Shown in pieces: positions 1-10,925 of a stretch of 64,000 nt of DNA. The DNA is taken from positions 78,804,001 through 78,868,000 of the forward strand of contig CM052816.1 in NCBI GenBank assembly GCA_028534125.1, read 5' to 3'. Position 1 is the stretch's first letter; each line of letters opens with the position of its first letter. A program made the position numbers and the translations under genes. The notes under the pieces are model-generated. The model had not been told where the DNA came from, did no database searches, and saw only the letters and a list, made by a program, of their open reading frames with translations. This stretch comes from Lama glama. Lineage: Eukaryota.

Positions 1-1990
1 ATGGTAGATCTGCTTTTAATATTTTGAGGAATCACCATACTGTTTTCCATAGTGGCCACACCAACTTACACTTCTATACTTTTTCTTGGCTAAGTTTCAA
101 TGATTTGTGTATTTTTTCATTTCATTCATTTTGTCAAATTTATGAGATTAAAATTGTTTGTAATATTTCCTTATTAGCTTTTTAATGGCTGTGTGTCTAG
201 CTAGAGGGTTATCAATTTTACTTTTTCAAAGAAATAGCCTTTGTTCTTACTGATTTTTCTCTTTGCAGCATCACTAATTATGCTCCTAACTCTAATGTTT
301 TTTCTTCTACTTTGGCTTTAATTTTTTCTTTTTCTTGGCTTTAAAGTCAAAGCTTTGCTTATTGACTTTAAACTTTTTAAAAATTTAAACGACTAAAATT
401 GTCTAAATTTCCTTCTAAGACTGTTTCAGCTTCATCTGACAATTTTATGTTGCTTTTTCATTTTTATTCAGTTAAAAATATTTTCTAATTTCTATTGTGA
501 TTTATTCTTTTACCCATGCATTTAGAAATATACTGTTAATTCCAAACATTTGGGTGTTTTTCAGATATCTCCCTTAACTGGTTTCTACTTATTTCTAATA
601 TATCACAGATTTTATTCTGTATGATTTTAGTACTGTTCATTTTATTGAGATTTATTTTATGGCCTAGTACATGGCCTTTCTTCATAAACATTCCACATGC
701 ACCGAAAAGAGTATGTGTTCTGCTATTGCTGGATTTGGTGTCCTATAGATATTAGTTAGGTCAAATTGGTTTGTAGTGTTTTCAGCTGACTGCATCCTTG
801 CTGATTTTTGTTTAATTGTTCAATCAATATTTCTTTTCTACTCAGGAACAAAATGTATTTATCTGGTTGCTGAGAGCTACTTTAAATATATTTGGGGCCC
901 ATCACTAATTCTTTTACATTGATTACCCCATTTCAAATTCCTTAACTCTTTGTTTTGATTTCTTGCTTGCATGTTAGATTTCACCATCAGATAGTTTCTT
1001 TGAAAATGTGCCTTAGAAAAGGAGCCTGAGATTTTTCATGTTTGTGGTTTTCTACCTGTCGTTTTCATACTTGACAACTTGTCTGAGTACTATCTTTGGA
1101 CCTTTTCATTTCTTCATATCATGGTACACATGATTCCAGTGTCTTCTGGAATTAAATTTCCTGTGGACGAGCCTGTGATCATCCTGACTTGTTTATGACT
1201 TCTTTGCCCTTCTTTATGACTTTATTCTCCTATCTGGATGTCTTTATTAATTTTTAACTTACATGTTTTATTATGGAATATAGTACACATATAGATACCT
1301 TTATTTCTGGAGATCAGTAGTTTAACCAAACTATGTCACGATGTTACGTTATCATCAATTTTACTTGGTATGTACTGTGCATGTTCAAGTTTACAGAGTC
1401 TGAGCCTTCTTTATTTCAGGGGAATTTTATATGCTTAGATATCTTTGAATATCATTTTTTTTTCTTCAAGGAAATAACTATATTTAGGTTTAACTGTCTT
1501 TGTCTTTTATGTCTATTATATTGGCTTCGTTCATTTCATTTCTTTTTCTTATATATTCACTCTTTTTATTTCTATATCATGAATTTAATCTTCAGTCATA
1601 TCTATTTTATCCCTTGCTGGATCTAGATTACTTATTGATATAAATGGTAAGTATTTTTTTGTATTCTTTAAAAAAAGTTTTTTATTGAGGTATAGTCAGT
1701 TTACAATGTTTTTGTATTCTTAATGTGCCTTTTTTTTTCATTCTCCACCTTCTTTTCCATTGCCATCTTGTTATACCATCTTGCCTTTGCACTCTTATTT
1801 TATCGAAGTAATATTCTTGCTAAATTCTTCTATAGTACACATTCTAAGAGAATCTGCTTCTGTTCCTTGAGCTCTGTTCCACTCTTGTCCTTCATTTATT
1901 TTTGCATGCTGTATTTCTTTATCTTCTTTTCACTGTACCTGTATATACCTTCAATTTAGTTTCTTTTAATCTTGCTTATGCCTGGAAGGC
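1..1990 (-). mobile_element. Old L1 (L1M) fragments: ORF2 3' piece (1-72), ORF2 internal region (to ~830), further degraded 5'/ORF1-like sequence
   Basis: T-rich antisense L1 motifs, e.g. ttgaggaatcaccatactgttttccatagtggc and ctagctagagggttatcaattttac...ttcaaagaa. Confidence 0.75.
1669..1708 (-). mobile_element. Extremely 5'-truncated young L1 (3' tip only)
   Basis: tttattgaggtatagtcagtttacaatg is the reverse complement of the L1 3' terminus seen elsewhere in the window; 13-bp TSD tttttgtattctt at 1656-1668 and 1709-1721. Confidence 0.8.
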
Positions 1991-2047
1991 TTTTGTCCAA
2001 ACCTCTGTTTTTTGTAATATAGCATGAGCCTTGACACATTTCCCATT

Positions 2048-2290
2048 TATAGCAGATGCTTTTAGTACCCCATCCCCTATCACCTTCACTCACCTGAGTA
2101 TACCTGCAGCTGCAGACAGTTCCTGGCATGTCGACAGCTTCTCTTCTCCCCTTTACTGCCTGAAGGCCTTCTTTGGTACCATGGGAATTTGCTTGATGGT
2201 GTGCAAGCACACTCCAGAAGTATGGGTGGAATTATGCTCCTGGGGGAAACTCTTAACTGATAGAGGATGAGAGTCAGTGAATAAATCCTC
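2048..2290 (+). mobile_element. LTR16-family (ERVL) LTR, 5' half
   Basis: Starts tatagcagatgct...; first ~70 bp align by eye with the LTR at 5010. Confidence 0.65.
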
Positions 2291-2309
2291 ATTGGAGAGT
2301 ATCAACCAT

Positions 2310-3613
2310 GGAAAAGATACTGGACAAGTGGATCTGATAACTCAGCCATTAGAGATCAGCTCTCTCTGTTTTCAGCCACCCTCATGCTTGCACAGTGGGT
2401 CCATGAACAGTGCAGCAATGGTGTCAAGTATGGAGACTCAGTATGGGTCCAACAACATGAGCGCTCTCTCACCGAGGCTGATCTAGTAATTGCTATTACT
2501 CAACGTCCAACATGTTAGCACAGAAAACACTGTTGAGCACTTAGTTTGATACTGTCATTCAAGGAGACTAACCAGTTACCTGATGGCAAGTTGATTACAC
2601 TGGACCCCTTCCATGCTGGAAGAAAAGTAGTTCTTTGTACCTGAGATTGATAAGTATTCCAAATAGGAGTTTGCTGTCTCTGCCATGATGTCTTGGCCAG
2701 CACCACTAACTGAAGGTGGAATTTCTGATTTACCATTAAAGGATCCTGTCTAATGTTGCCTTGGATCAAGGCACCCAGGTATTTACTTTACCGTAAGGAG
2801 GTGTAACAATGAGCAATGACCACAGAATTTATTGATCTTACCAAATATTGCATCACCTGGAAGCTGCTGGCGAGATAAAAAGTTGGAATGCCCTCTTAAA
2901 GATACAGATAAAGGTCTTGCTTGGAGAATAACATATTTAAAGGTAAAGGTGTGTTATATAGTGCTGTGTCTCCAGTAGGCTATAATACAGTGCTTTGTCT
3001 TTGTTGGTTAAAATTCAGGGGTGGAACCAGAGGGTGGAAGTTGAACTGATGCCTCTCACCCTCACCCTCACTGTCCCAATTAGGAAATTTTTGTTTTCTA
3101 TTCCTAAAACTTTTGAGTCTTCAGAATTAAAGATCCTGATCCCTGGAGGTGGGGAGGAGGGCAGAGATGTGTAACATTTCTACCAAGGGACACAATTAGG
3201 ATTCCACTGAAGCTAAAGTTAAGACTGTTGCAGGGCCATTTATGGAATTGCATGTCAATAGATTATCAGGCTAAAAAAAGTTAATTTACTGGTGGGGATA
3301 ATCAATCCTGATAATCATGAGAATCTAACATTTTGCTTACAACAGGTGTAGTCTCGAACTCAGTGAATCCACTGGGGAGCCTTTGATAATTCTGTGCCTG
3401 ATAGAAGGGCAGTTTCAGCAACTAAGAACTGATGAGATCAAGGTAACCAGGAACTCAGGCACCGCAGAGGTGAAAGTCTGCATTAACTCAAAGGAAAGCA
3501 ACCTAGATAGCAAGTGTTCTGACTGAGTGTGAGATAAAATCAGAATGGATGAGAGGGGAAGAAGGAAATAAAATCAGTTACTTTGAGTTTAGCCGAAGCC
3601 AAAGGGGCTTCAG
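2310..3613 (+). pseudogene. Degraded ERVL pol segment: integrase plus dUTPase (ERV3-16A3/ERVL-like internal region)
   Basis: Frameshifted translations match ERVL Pol motifs: LAQWVHEQ...WVQQHERSLTEADL, WQVDYTGPLP, DQGT, HHLEAAGEIKSWNALLK, PRDTIRIPLKLKLRL, GIINPDNHE. Confidence 0.9.
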
Positions 3614-3656
3614 GTCTCCCCATCAATCCTAAAGCAGCAGGGACTTCAGCTTTCAC

Positions 3657-4930
3657 CCTTTTTTTTTCCCCTTGGGGATAGTTTCATTTCGTTTCTTTTC
3701 TTTTTAATTGAAATATAGTCGGCTTCCGGTATGTTAATTTCTGGTATACAGCATAGTGATTCAGTTATACCTATATATATATTCCTTTTCATATTCTTTT
3801 TCATTGTAGGTTACTACAAGATATTGAATATAGTTCTCTGTGCTATACAGCAGGACCTAGTTGTTTATCTATTTTATATGTAGTAGTGTGTATCTTTAAA
3901 TCCCAAACTCCAAATTTATTTCTCCACCTTCTCTTTTCCACCCTAGTAACCATAAGTTTGTTTTCTCTGTCTGAGTCTGTTTCTGTTTTGAAATAAGTTC
4001 ATTTGTGTGATTTTTTTTTAGTGATATTATATTGTATTTTTCTTTCTCTTTCTGACTTATTTAGTATGACAATCTCCAGGTCCATCATCCATGTTGCTGC
4101 AAATGGCGTTATTTCATTCTTTTTTTATGGCTGAGTGTATTCCATTGTATAAATATATACCACAATTTCCTCATCCATTTGTCTGTCAATGGATGTTTAG
4201 GTTGCTTCCACGTCTTGACTCTTGTAATTAGTGATGCTATGAACATGAGGGTGCATGTATCTTTTCCAGTTAGAATTTCCTCTGGATATATGCCCAGGAG
4301 TGGGATTGCTGGATCATATGGTAAGTCTATTTTTAGTTTTTTAAGGAACCTCCATACTATTTTCCAGAATGGCTGCACCAAACTACATTCCCACCAACAG
4401 TGTAGGAGGGTTCTCTTTTCTCGTCACCCTCTCCAATATTTATCATTTGTGGGTTTTTGAATGATGGCCATTCTCACCAGTGTGAGGTGATACCTCATAA
4501 TTTTGATTTGCATTTCTCTGATAGTTATTGATATTGAGTATTTTTTCATGTGCCTATTGGCCCTTTGTATGTTTTCATTGGAGAAACGTTAGTTTAGGTC
4601 TTCTGCCCATTTTTTTTATTGGGTTGTTTGTTATTTTGTTATTGAGTTATATGAGCTGTTTGTATATTCTGGAAATTAGGCCCTTGTCAGTTGCATCATT
4701 GGCAAATATTTTCTTCCATTCCGTAGGTTGTCTTTTCACTTTGTTTAGTTTCCTTTGCTGTGCAAAATCTTGTAAGTTTAGTTAGATCTCATTTGTTTAT
4801 TTTTGCTTTTACTTCTATTGCCTGGGTAGATGGCCCTAGGAGAACAGTGCTATGATTTGTATCAGAAGATGTTTTGACTATGTTCTCTTCTAGGAGGCTT
4901 ATGGTGTCTTATCTTATGTTTAAGTCTTCA
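3657..4930 (-). mobile_element. 5'-truncated L1 (ORF2 C-terminus, 3'UTR, degenerate tail) inserted in the ERVL
   Basis: ORF 4109-4381 reads [32 protein letters not shown] (L1 ORF2p C-terminus); candidate TSD cagctttcac at 3647-3656 and 4931-4940. Confidence 0.95.
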
Positions 4931-5009
4931 CAGCTTTCACATTTAAGCATCACTAAGGGACTGGAATCAGAGTGGGGCATGAGGAGACCTGGGCACTGCT
5001 AAGGATGCC

Positions 5010-5372
5010 TGTAGCAGATGCTGTTGATAGCATTCCCTATTTCCCTCTGACCCGCTAGAGTTTACCTGCAACTGTGGGCAGGGGAGGAAGGAGTTGATAC
5101 TCTCAATGCCCTAGTCTTTCTGTTCTCCAGTGGGACAATTCTGAGGTGCATTCCATGTGATTTCTCAGAAGGTCCTAGAATCCTGAGCCTCAGTTTCCCA
5201 TAGCCATAACCTGATCAATACCATTGCTCCCCCTTTACTGGCCTTTCTTCTTTCCCTCTTGACCGTTCCCTACTTCCTCCCTTGTGCTTCCTGGAATCAC
5301 TTTTTATATTCACCACTTATATACAAATACTTATCTCAAGGACTGCTTTGGGGGAAAATCCAAATTAAAACA
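5010..5372 (+). mobile_element. LTR16-family (ERVL) 3' LTR with internal deletion
   Basis: TG...CA termini; ends tctcaaggactgctttgggggaaaatccaaattaaaaca, typical of LTR16. Confidence 0.8.
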
Positions 5373-5479
5373 CCTCTTATCTGAGACAAGTTTGTGACTT
5401 CCCTCCAGGCTACACTTTGATTCTTTGGTGGTACTTTTAATCCATGTTTCTGTGGGCTCTGAAAAGAAGGGTGTGTGTC

Positions 5480-6190
5480 TTCTCTCTTTTATTGATAAGT
5501 CTAGCTAACAGTTTGTCAATTTTGTTGATCTTTTCAAAGAAGCAGCTCTTGCTTTCATTGATTTTCCTATTCTCCATTTCACTTATTTCTACTGTAATTT
5601 TTATTATTTCCTTCTTTGGCTCGTTTTGGGTTTAATTTGCTCCTTTGCTCCTCTTTTCCCCCCAAGCTACTCAAGGTGTAAAGTTATTGATTTGAGATTT
5701 TTCTTCTTTTTTAGTGTAGGCACTTAAAGGGGTACGTTTCCCTCTGAGTGCTGTTTTCAGTGCATTCCACAAATTTTGGCATCTTATGTTTTCATTTTCA
5801 TTCATCTCAAAGTATTTTCTGATTTTCTTTGTGACTTTTTCTTTGATGTATTGGTTGTTTAAAAGTGTGTCACTTAATTTCTTTCTCTCTATATGGATAT
5901 ATGGAAATTAAGTGATTATATATAAATATGTATTATAAATAAATATATATATAAATGGAGGTACTGGGGATTGAACCCAGGACCTTGTGCATGCTAAGCA
6001 TGCACTCTACCACTGAGCTCTACCCTCCTCTCACCACATATTTTTGAATTTTCCAGTTTTCCTTCTATTATTGGTTTCTAGCTTCATTCCATTGTGGTAG
6101 GAGAAGATACTTTGATAATTTCAATCTTTTAAAAAGTGTATTGAGTCTTTTTTGTGCCCTAATAATGGTCTGTCCTTAGGAATGTTTTAT
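5480..6190 (-). mobile_element. Old L1 ORF2 fragment, interrupted by a SINE
   Basis: gtctagctaacagtttgtcaattttgttgatcttttcaaagaa and ttccattgtggtaggagaagatac antisense L1 motifs. Confidence 0.85.
5955..6028 (-). mobile_element. tRNA-Ala-derived SINE (camelid vic-1-like), short form
   Basis: Reverse complement reads ...GTAGAGCTCAGTGGTAGAGTGCATGCTTAGCATGCACAAGGTCCTGGGTTCAATCCCCAGTACCTCCA; Pol III A and B boxes; AT-rich tail. Confidence 0.9.
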
Positions 6191-6329
6191 ATTTCAGTTG
6201 AATCATCCCTAGAGCCCTGGACACAAACTCTGCCCTTTTCCACGGGTCAAACTCAGGACCGTTATTCCAGCAGGACAGTGTGGACAGACAGTAGCTAACA
6301 TGACCATGGATTTTGTCGTCAGATAGATC

Positions 6330-6605
6330 AGGATGAGATTCCCAGCTCTACCCCATAATAGCTGGGCCTGAGTTTTCTCATCTGCAAAAAAAGGAATGAT
6401 AATAAAACTAGCTAGCTGTGCAAGGCACTCCAAGTACTTGGAACATCTCATTTAATCTTTATAAAAACCCTGAGGTAAGTTCTATTACTATATGCATTTT
6501 GTTGATGAGGAAGCTGAGGCCCAGTGAGGTAAAGTAACTTGCTCAAGGTTACACACCTGTGAGTCCACGAGTCTGGATTCCATCCTAGCTCTGATTCCAA
6601 AACCT
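6330..6605. mobile_element. MIR SINE fragments (plus piece 6330-6420, minus piece 6430-6605)
   Basis: MIR core gatgaggaagctgaggcccagtgaggtaaagtaacttgctcaaggttacaca. Confidence 0.85.
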
Positions 6606-7141
6606 AAGCCATAAAAGTTTGCATAAGAAAGCATATGTGAAGTGCTCATCTGTTTGATATTATTACTAGTATTTTATTATTACTAAAAACAAATCTTATA
6701 ATTCTTTTTTTCAGTTATTTAATTACATTTTAATGATTGAATTCATGTACTTCATACACATTTTTCTTCCTAAAAATAAGTGCATCTTCCATTAAGAGAT
6801 TCTAAGAAAGAGAAAGTGAAAATACTGACCATGCCCACAAGCAGTTTTACTAGTGACCATTTTAATAATGATTTAAAAACCTCATATTTCTAATTCTTTT
6901 GTTTATCCATTCCATGCTTATAGAGTCCCTATTATGTGTTGAACTAAGCATTCTACCACAGAAGTGATAAATGGAAAGGCCCCTGCCCTCATGGTGCTCA
7001 CCTCTTAAGGGGAAGCAGGCAAAAGATGGGATGAAATTATCTCTGAAAATAGTAAGTGGTCTGAAGAGAATCAAGAGTAACTGGGGTGGTGGTGAGGACT
7101 GTTAGCTACATCACAGCAGGTAGTTTGGGAGCCCGAGGACA

Positions 7142-7886
7142 TGTGGTGGACAGAATAAGGATCCCCCACAATGGCCCTGTGATTCAGAGACTGTGAATAT
7201 GTTTCCTTAAATGACATAGAGAGATTAAGCCTGTAGGTAGATTAAGATTGGGAGATTGTTCTGGATTACCTGGATGAATCTAAGGTCATCACATAGGTTT
7301 TTAAAAAAGAAAGATGGAAGCAGAAGGGAACAGAGTTCCGGCTAGCACATGCACCTCTTGCCTTCCACCTGTGAGTTAAGAGAGGGTGGGGAGGGATAAA
7401 TTAGGAGTATAGGATTAACAGATACCCACCATTATATTTAAAAGAGATAAACGACAAGGATTTACTATATGGCACAGTGAACTATATTCACTATCTTGTA
7501 ATAACCTATAATGGAAAAGAATCTTAAAAAATATATGTATAACTGAATCACTTTGCTATACACCTAAAACTAACACAATATTGTAAATTAACTATACTTC
7601 AATAAAAAAAAGAAGACGAGGTCAAAGTGATACCATATAAGGACTTCACACTATTGCCAGCTTTGAAGATAGAGAAAAGGGGCCAGAAGCTGGAAAAGTC
7701 AACAAAATGTATTTTTCCTGGGAGCTTCCGGAGGGAACACAGCCATACCAAGACCTTGGTTTTAGTCCAGTGAGATCCATTTTGGACTTCTGATTTCCAG
7801 AGTGTAATGCTGTTGTAATATATTTGTATTGTTTGAACCACAAAGTTTGTGGTCATTTATTACAGCAGCAATAGAGAACTGATACA
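7142..7886 (+). mobile_element. MaLR LTR (MLT1D-like) carrying an L1 3'UTR insertion
   Basis: Starts tgtggtggacagaataa, ends tttattacagcagcaatagagaactgataca. Confidence 0.85.
7381..7612 (+). mobile_element. L1 3'UTR fragment (cetartiodactyl-type)
   Basis: gggagggataaattaggagt...taactgaatcactttgctatacacctaaaactaacac...cttcaataaaaaaa. Confidence 0.92.
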
Positions 7887-8394
7887 GAAGGAGATACTGG
7901 ACTTGATACCTGAGTGACAAGAAGCAGTCAGCCATGGGTCAGAGCATCCCAGACAGCTGGAACAGCACGGGGAATGAGGACCAGAAAAGAGACCAATACA
8001 TAGAGTGAGAAAGGGAAGAGGGGGAGTGGTAGAAATGAATTTGGAAATAAAAGCAAGGGTCAGTCATAGAGCTGGTCGTAGTAATGGATTTGGATCTCAT
8101 TTTAAGAACAGTTGAAAAACTTTGGAGCATTTTAAGTAAGTGAGAGACATATCAAGCTTACATTTTAAAAAGAACTCTCTCTGTGGAAAATTAACAAAAG
8201 TGGTGGCCAGAAGACCAGTAAGGAGTGGAGGGATGCCTGAAGCTTGACCTAGGAGGTAGTGGTGGAATGTGGAATTGCAGGCACATATGAGATATACTTT
8301 GCATATAGAGCCACAGGTCTTACTGATGGATGCGCTATAGGGGGAATGAAGAAAAGGAAGAAATTGAAACTGTTTGTTGTGTGTTCTACTTGAG

Positions 8395-8556
8395 CAGGGG
8401 TAGACTTATCATGAAGTTAATGAAGGCATCTTTACCTGCTCAGGCTCCCTCCCAGGCCTTATACCTAATTTTGTATTCATTGATTTGCATCATTTTTACT
8501 AAGAAGAACTCCTAAAGTTGTATCTGCTTCCAGCTCCACAAAGCATGGATCATCTC
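8395..8556 (+). mobile_element. hAT-Tip100 MITE (Arthur1A/MER69A-like)
   Basis: caggggtagacttatcatgaagttaatgaagg...acctaattttgtattc...ccacaaagcatggatc resembles Arthur1 termini. Confidence 0.65.
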
Positions 8557-9235
8557 ACGGGCTTGGCTGGGGCAACGTAATTCACTAAGCCAAATCTCTT
8601 GAAAATCTTTCTGTCTAAGGCTAGAAGTGGTCCAGCCTAGAGCAAGCCTGAGCATGCAGGTGGAAGCTGTGAGACCTTAACTGAAGCGAGAAGAGAGCCT
8701 AGAGCTTGGCCACTAAGTTGGATATAATACAGCTGGGGCATGGAGTGCCACTGGAGTCCAGCTCAGGCTGGGAGATAAGATTCTCCTCTGATGCAGACAT
8801 GTGGGTTGAGGATGAATTTAGGAGCCTGACCTTATGGGAACCAAACCTGTTATTAATGGGGAAAGCCTATTTAACACAGTCGCACCAAGAGGGAGCAGCC
8901 CGTGGGACTGCAGTGCATGTCAGTTGGTTGTTAATAAGTGATGCTCTCGTGGACTTCTCCACTGTCAGTGTTGTCTGTCCTAAAGTTGGCTCTGATCTTT
9001 CATCTTTATGCCTTTTCTGTTGGCTCTGTATTCCTCCATGCTCGGCTATTCCTTACACCAGCCATTTATGGCAGATCTGCTCTGTCCCACACCCAATTGG
9101 CTCCACCTTGCTGACTGTCTGTCCCATGATCTGCCCTCCTTGCCCTGGACTAGCTGCCCAGCTCCCCAGACAGGTTCCTGAGACTTGAGGTCAAGTTGGC
9201 CTATAGGAGTCTGTCCTCTGTCTTTGATAAGCACT

Positions 9236-9540
9236 TGGGAGAAGTTGGTCAAAAGGTAAAAACTTTCAGTTACAAGACTGATTAATTCCGAGGAGGTAAG
9301 ATACAGCATGATGACTGTAGTTAACAACACTGTTTTGTATATTTGTATGTGGCTGTGATCTTAAATGTTCTCATCATAAGAAAAAATATTGCAACTATGT
9401 GAGGGGATGGATGTTCAATGAGACTATCGCAATAATCCTTTCAGTGTATATACATGTGTCGAATCATTATGTTGTACCCTTAAACTTAGATAGTGTCGTG
9501 TGTCAATTATAGCTCAATGAAAATGGAAAAAATAAAGAAA
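9236..9540 (+). mobile_element. L1 3' end (L1MA9/L1MB-like)
   Basis: ggtcaaaaggtaaaaactttcagttacaag...actatgtgaggggatgga...tgtcaattatagctcaat. Confidence 0.88.
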
Positions 9541-10249
9541 AGGCCAGCTGATGTTCCTCTGACTTGGTTTACCCAGGTAGCAGCAGCGGAAGTCTGATGG
9601 TATGATTTGGATACTGTCCCTGATCACAAGGTCACAGGTGAAAAATCCCTCCCACAGTGATATCCTTAAAGAAAGACATTCCTCTTCAGCCCAAGCTAGC
9701 TAGCCTGGCTTCTTTGATGTGCAGCTAAGAGCATTGACTGATGGAACCTCCACGACGCCGGGTAAGTGACATTTTGCTGTATGATATTTGCCTCATTTTA
9801 TAATAAGGAATTAAGGCCAGACAAGTAGAAGCAATAACAGTATATGTTAAGATAATCTGTGTAGGACCAAGTCCCGAAAGCTGCACGAAACATTCAAAAT
9901 AGGAATTTCTTTCTTTCTACTCAAAGTCTGAAAACTTTACACAGAAAGAAGTATTTTTGGGCACAAGGCCAAGAGAAGTTTTTCTTATTAAATCATTTCT
10001 GCCCTTGCAATTTTGGCTACTTGTAATTCAGATCGATTGTTTTGTTTGTCAGTATGTGCCAAGTATATGACACAAAAGGTAAAATGCAGCAAAAACAAAT
10101 CCAAGTAGAATGGCTCTCCTTAGCGAGCAATTTTTATTTTCTGCTGGATTCTGACTGATTTTTTTTTTATGAGCTCTGAATTGCAGAGAACAGGCAAAGT
10201 GGATTTTATCCTTTGATTGTGAAACCATCTAGCTTGAAAACCAGAGTGC

Positions 10250-10925
10250 AATCTTCTTATTTTACAGATGGATAGACGGAGTCCCAAGGAGGTAAAGCAA
10301 CTTGCATGATGTTTCACTATTAATTCAAGGTTGAAGGGCGGCAGAACGTGACACCCTAAAGTGTGACTGTGGGAGTTCAGGAGTTGCCACCCTAAAATAT
10401 GCCGCTTTGGCATATTGATTATTTTGAGCTGTAGGCTTTTGAAAACTAGCAACGAGGCTTTCCCCAGTCTCCCCTTATCTGCTCCAAAAGGAACTCAACT
10501 GTCATCTCCCCTCCCTGGGAGTTTCGTCAGCCAGGGAAGACTGACTTTTATCACAGCAGAGGAGACTTGAAATTGATGCTGCAGCCAGACACACTTTGTC
10601 ACAAACTATCCTGCCTCCTACATATTCTTCTAAGGGCCCATTCGTCTTTTACCCAGACGATTTACTCTTCCCTAAGGGGTCTACATCCCTCTCCCCCTTC
10701 CCGATTAAGGTGGTATTTAATCCTAAAGTCTAAAGCCACCTCTCTGAGTTACTTATTTCCCCTGGGCATCTCCCATGAATACAGGAGGTATACAGGCCAA
10801 TAAACTTGTTTTTCTCTTGTTAATCAGTCTTTTATTACAGGGGGCTCAGCTACGAACTCAGAAGGGTAGAGGGAAAATGATTTTTCCTCCCCTACAAGGC
10901 AGATCTAGCTTAGAAAAACCCAGGT
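10250..10925 (-). mobile_element. MIR split by the MER34-like LTR
   Basis: attttacagatggatagacggagtcccaaggaggtaaagcaacttgc before the LTR; MIR-like continuation after 10896. Confidence 0.55.
10332..10896 (+). mobile_element. ERV1 solo LTR (MER34-like)
   Basis: TG...CA; head gccaccctaaaatatgccgctttggcatattgattattttgagctg; AATAAA near 10799; end ttttcctcccctaca; flanks aggt/aggc. Confidence 0.85.

Larger units (their letters stand above)
6895..8390 (-). mobile_element. L2 LINE remnant split by MLT1 LTR (pieces ~6895-7140 and ~7887-8390)
   Basis: L2 motifs ggcccctgccctcatggtgctcac, gaagcagtcagccatg, ggatttggatctcattttaag. Confidence 0.7.

Noticed and set aside
4109..4381. 90-aa ORF with clear protein similarity
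   Set aside because: It is the L1 ORF2p C-terminus in a 5'-truncated, frameshifted copy, not a host gene.
8706..9188. Longest ORF (160 aa)
   Set aside because: Non-ATG (TTG) start, no recognisable domain, no clear splice context; this length is plausible by chance in 64 kb.
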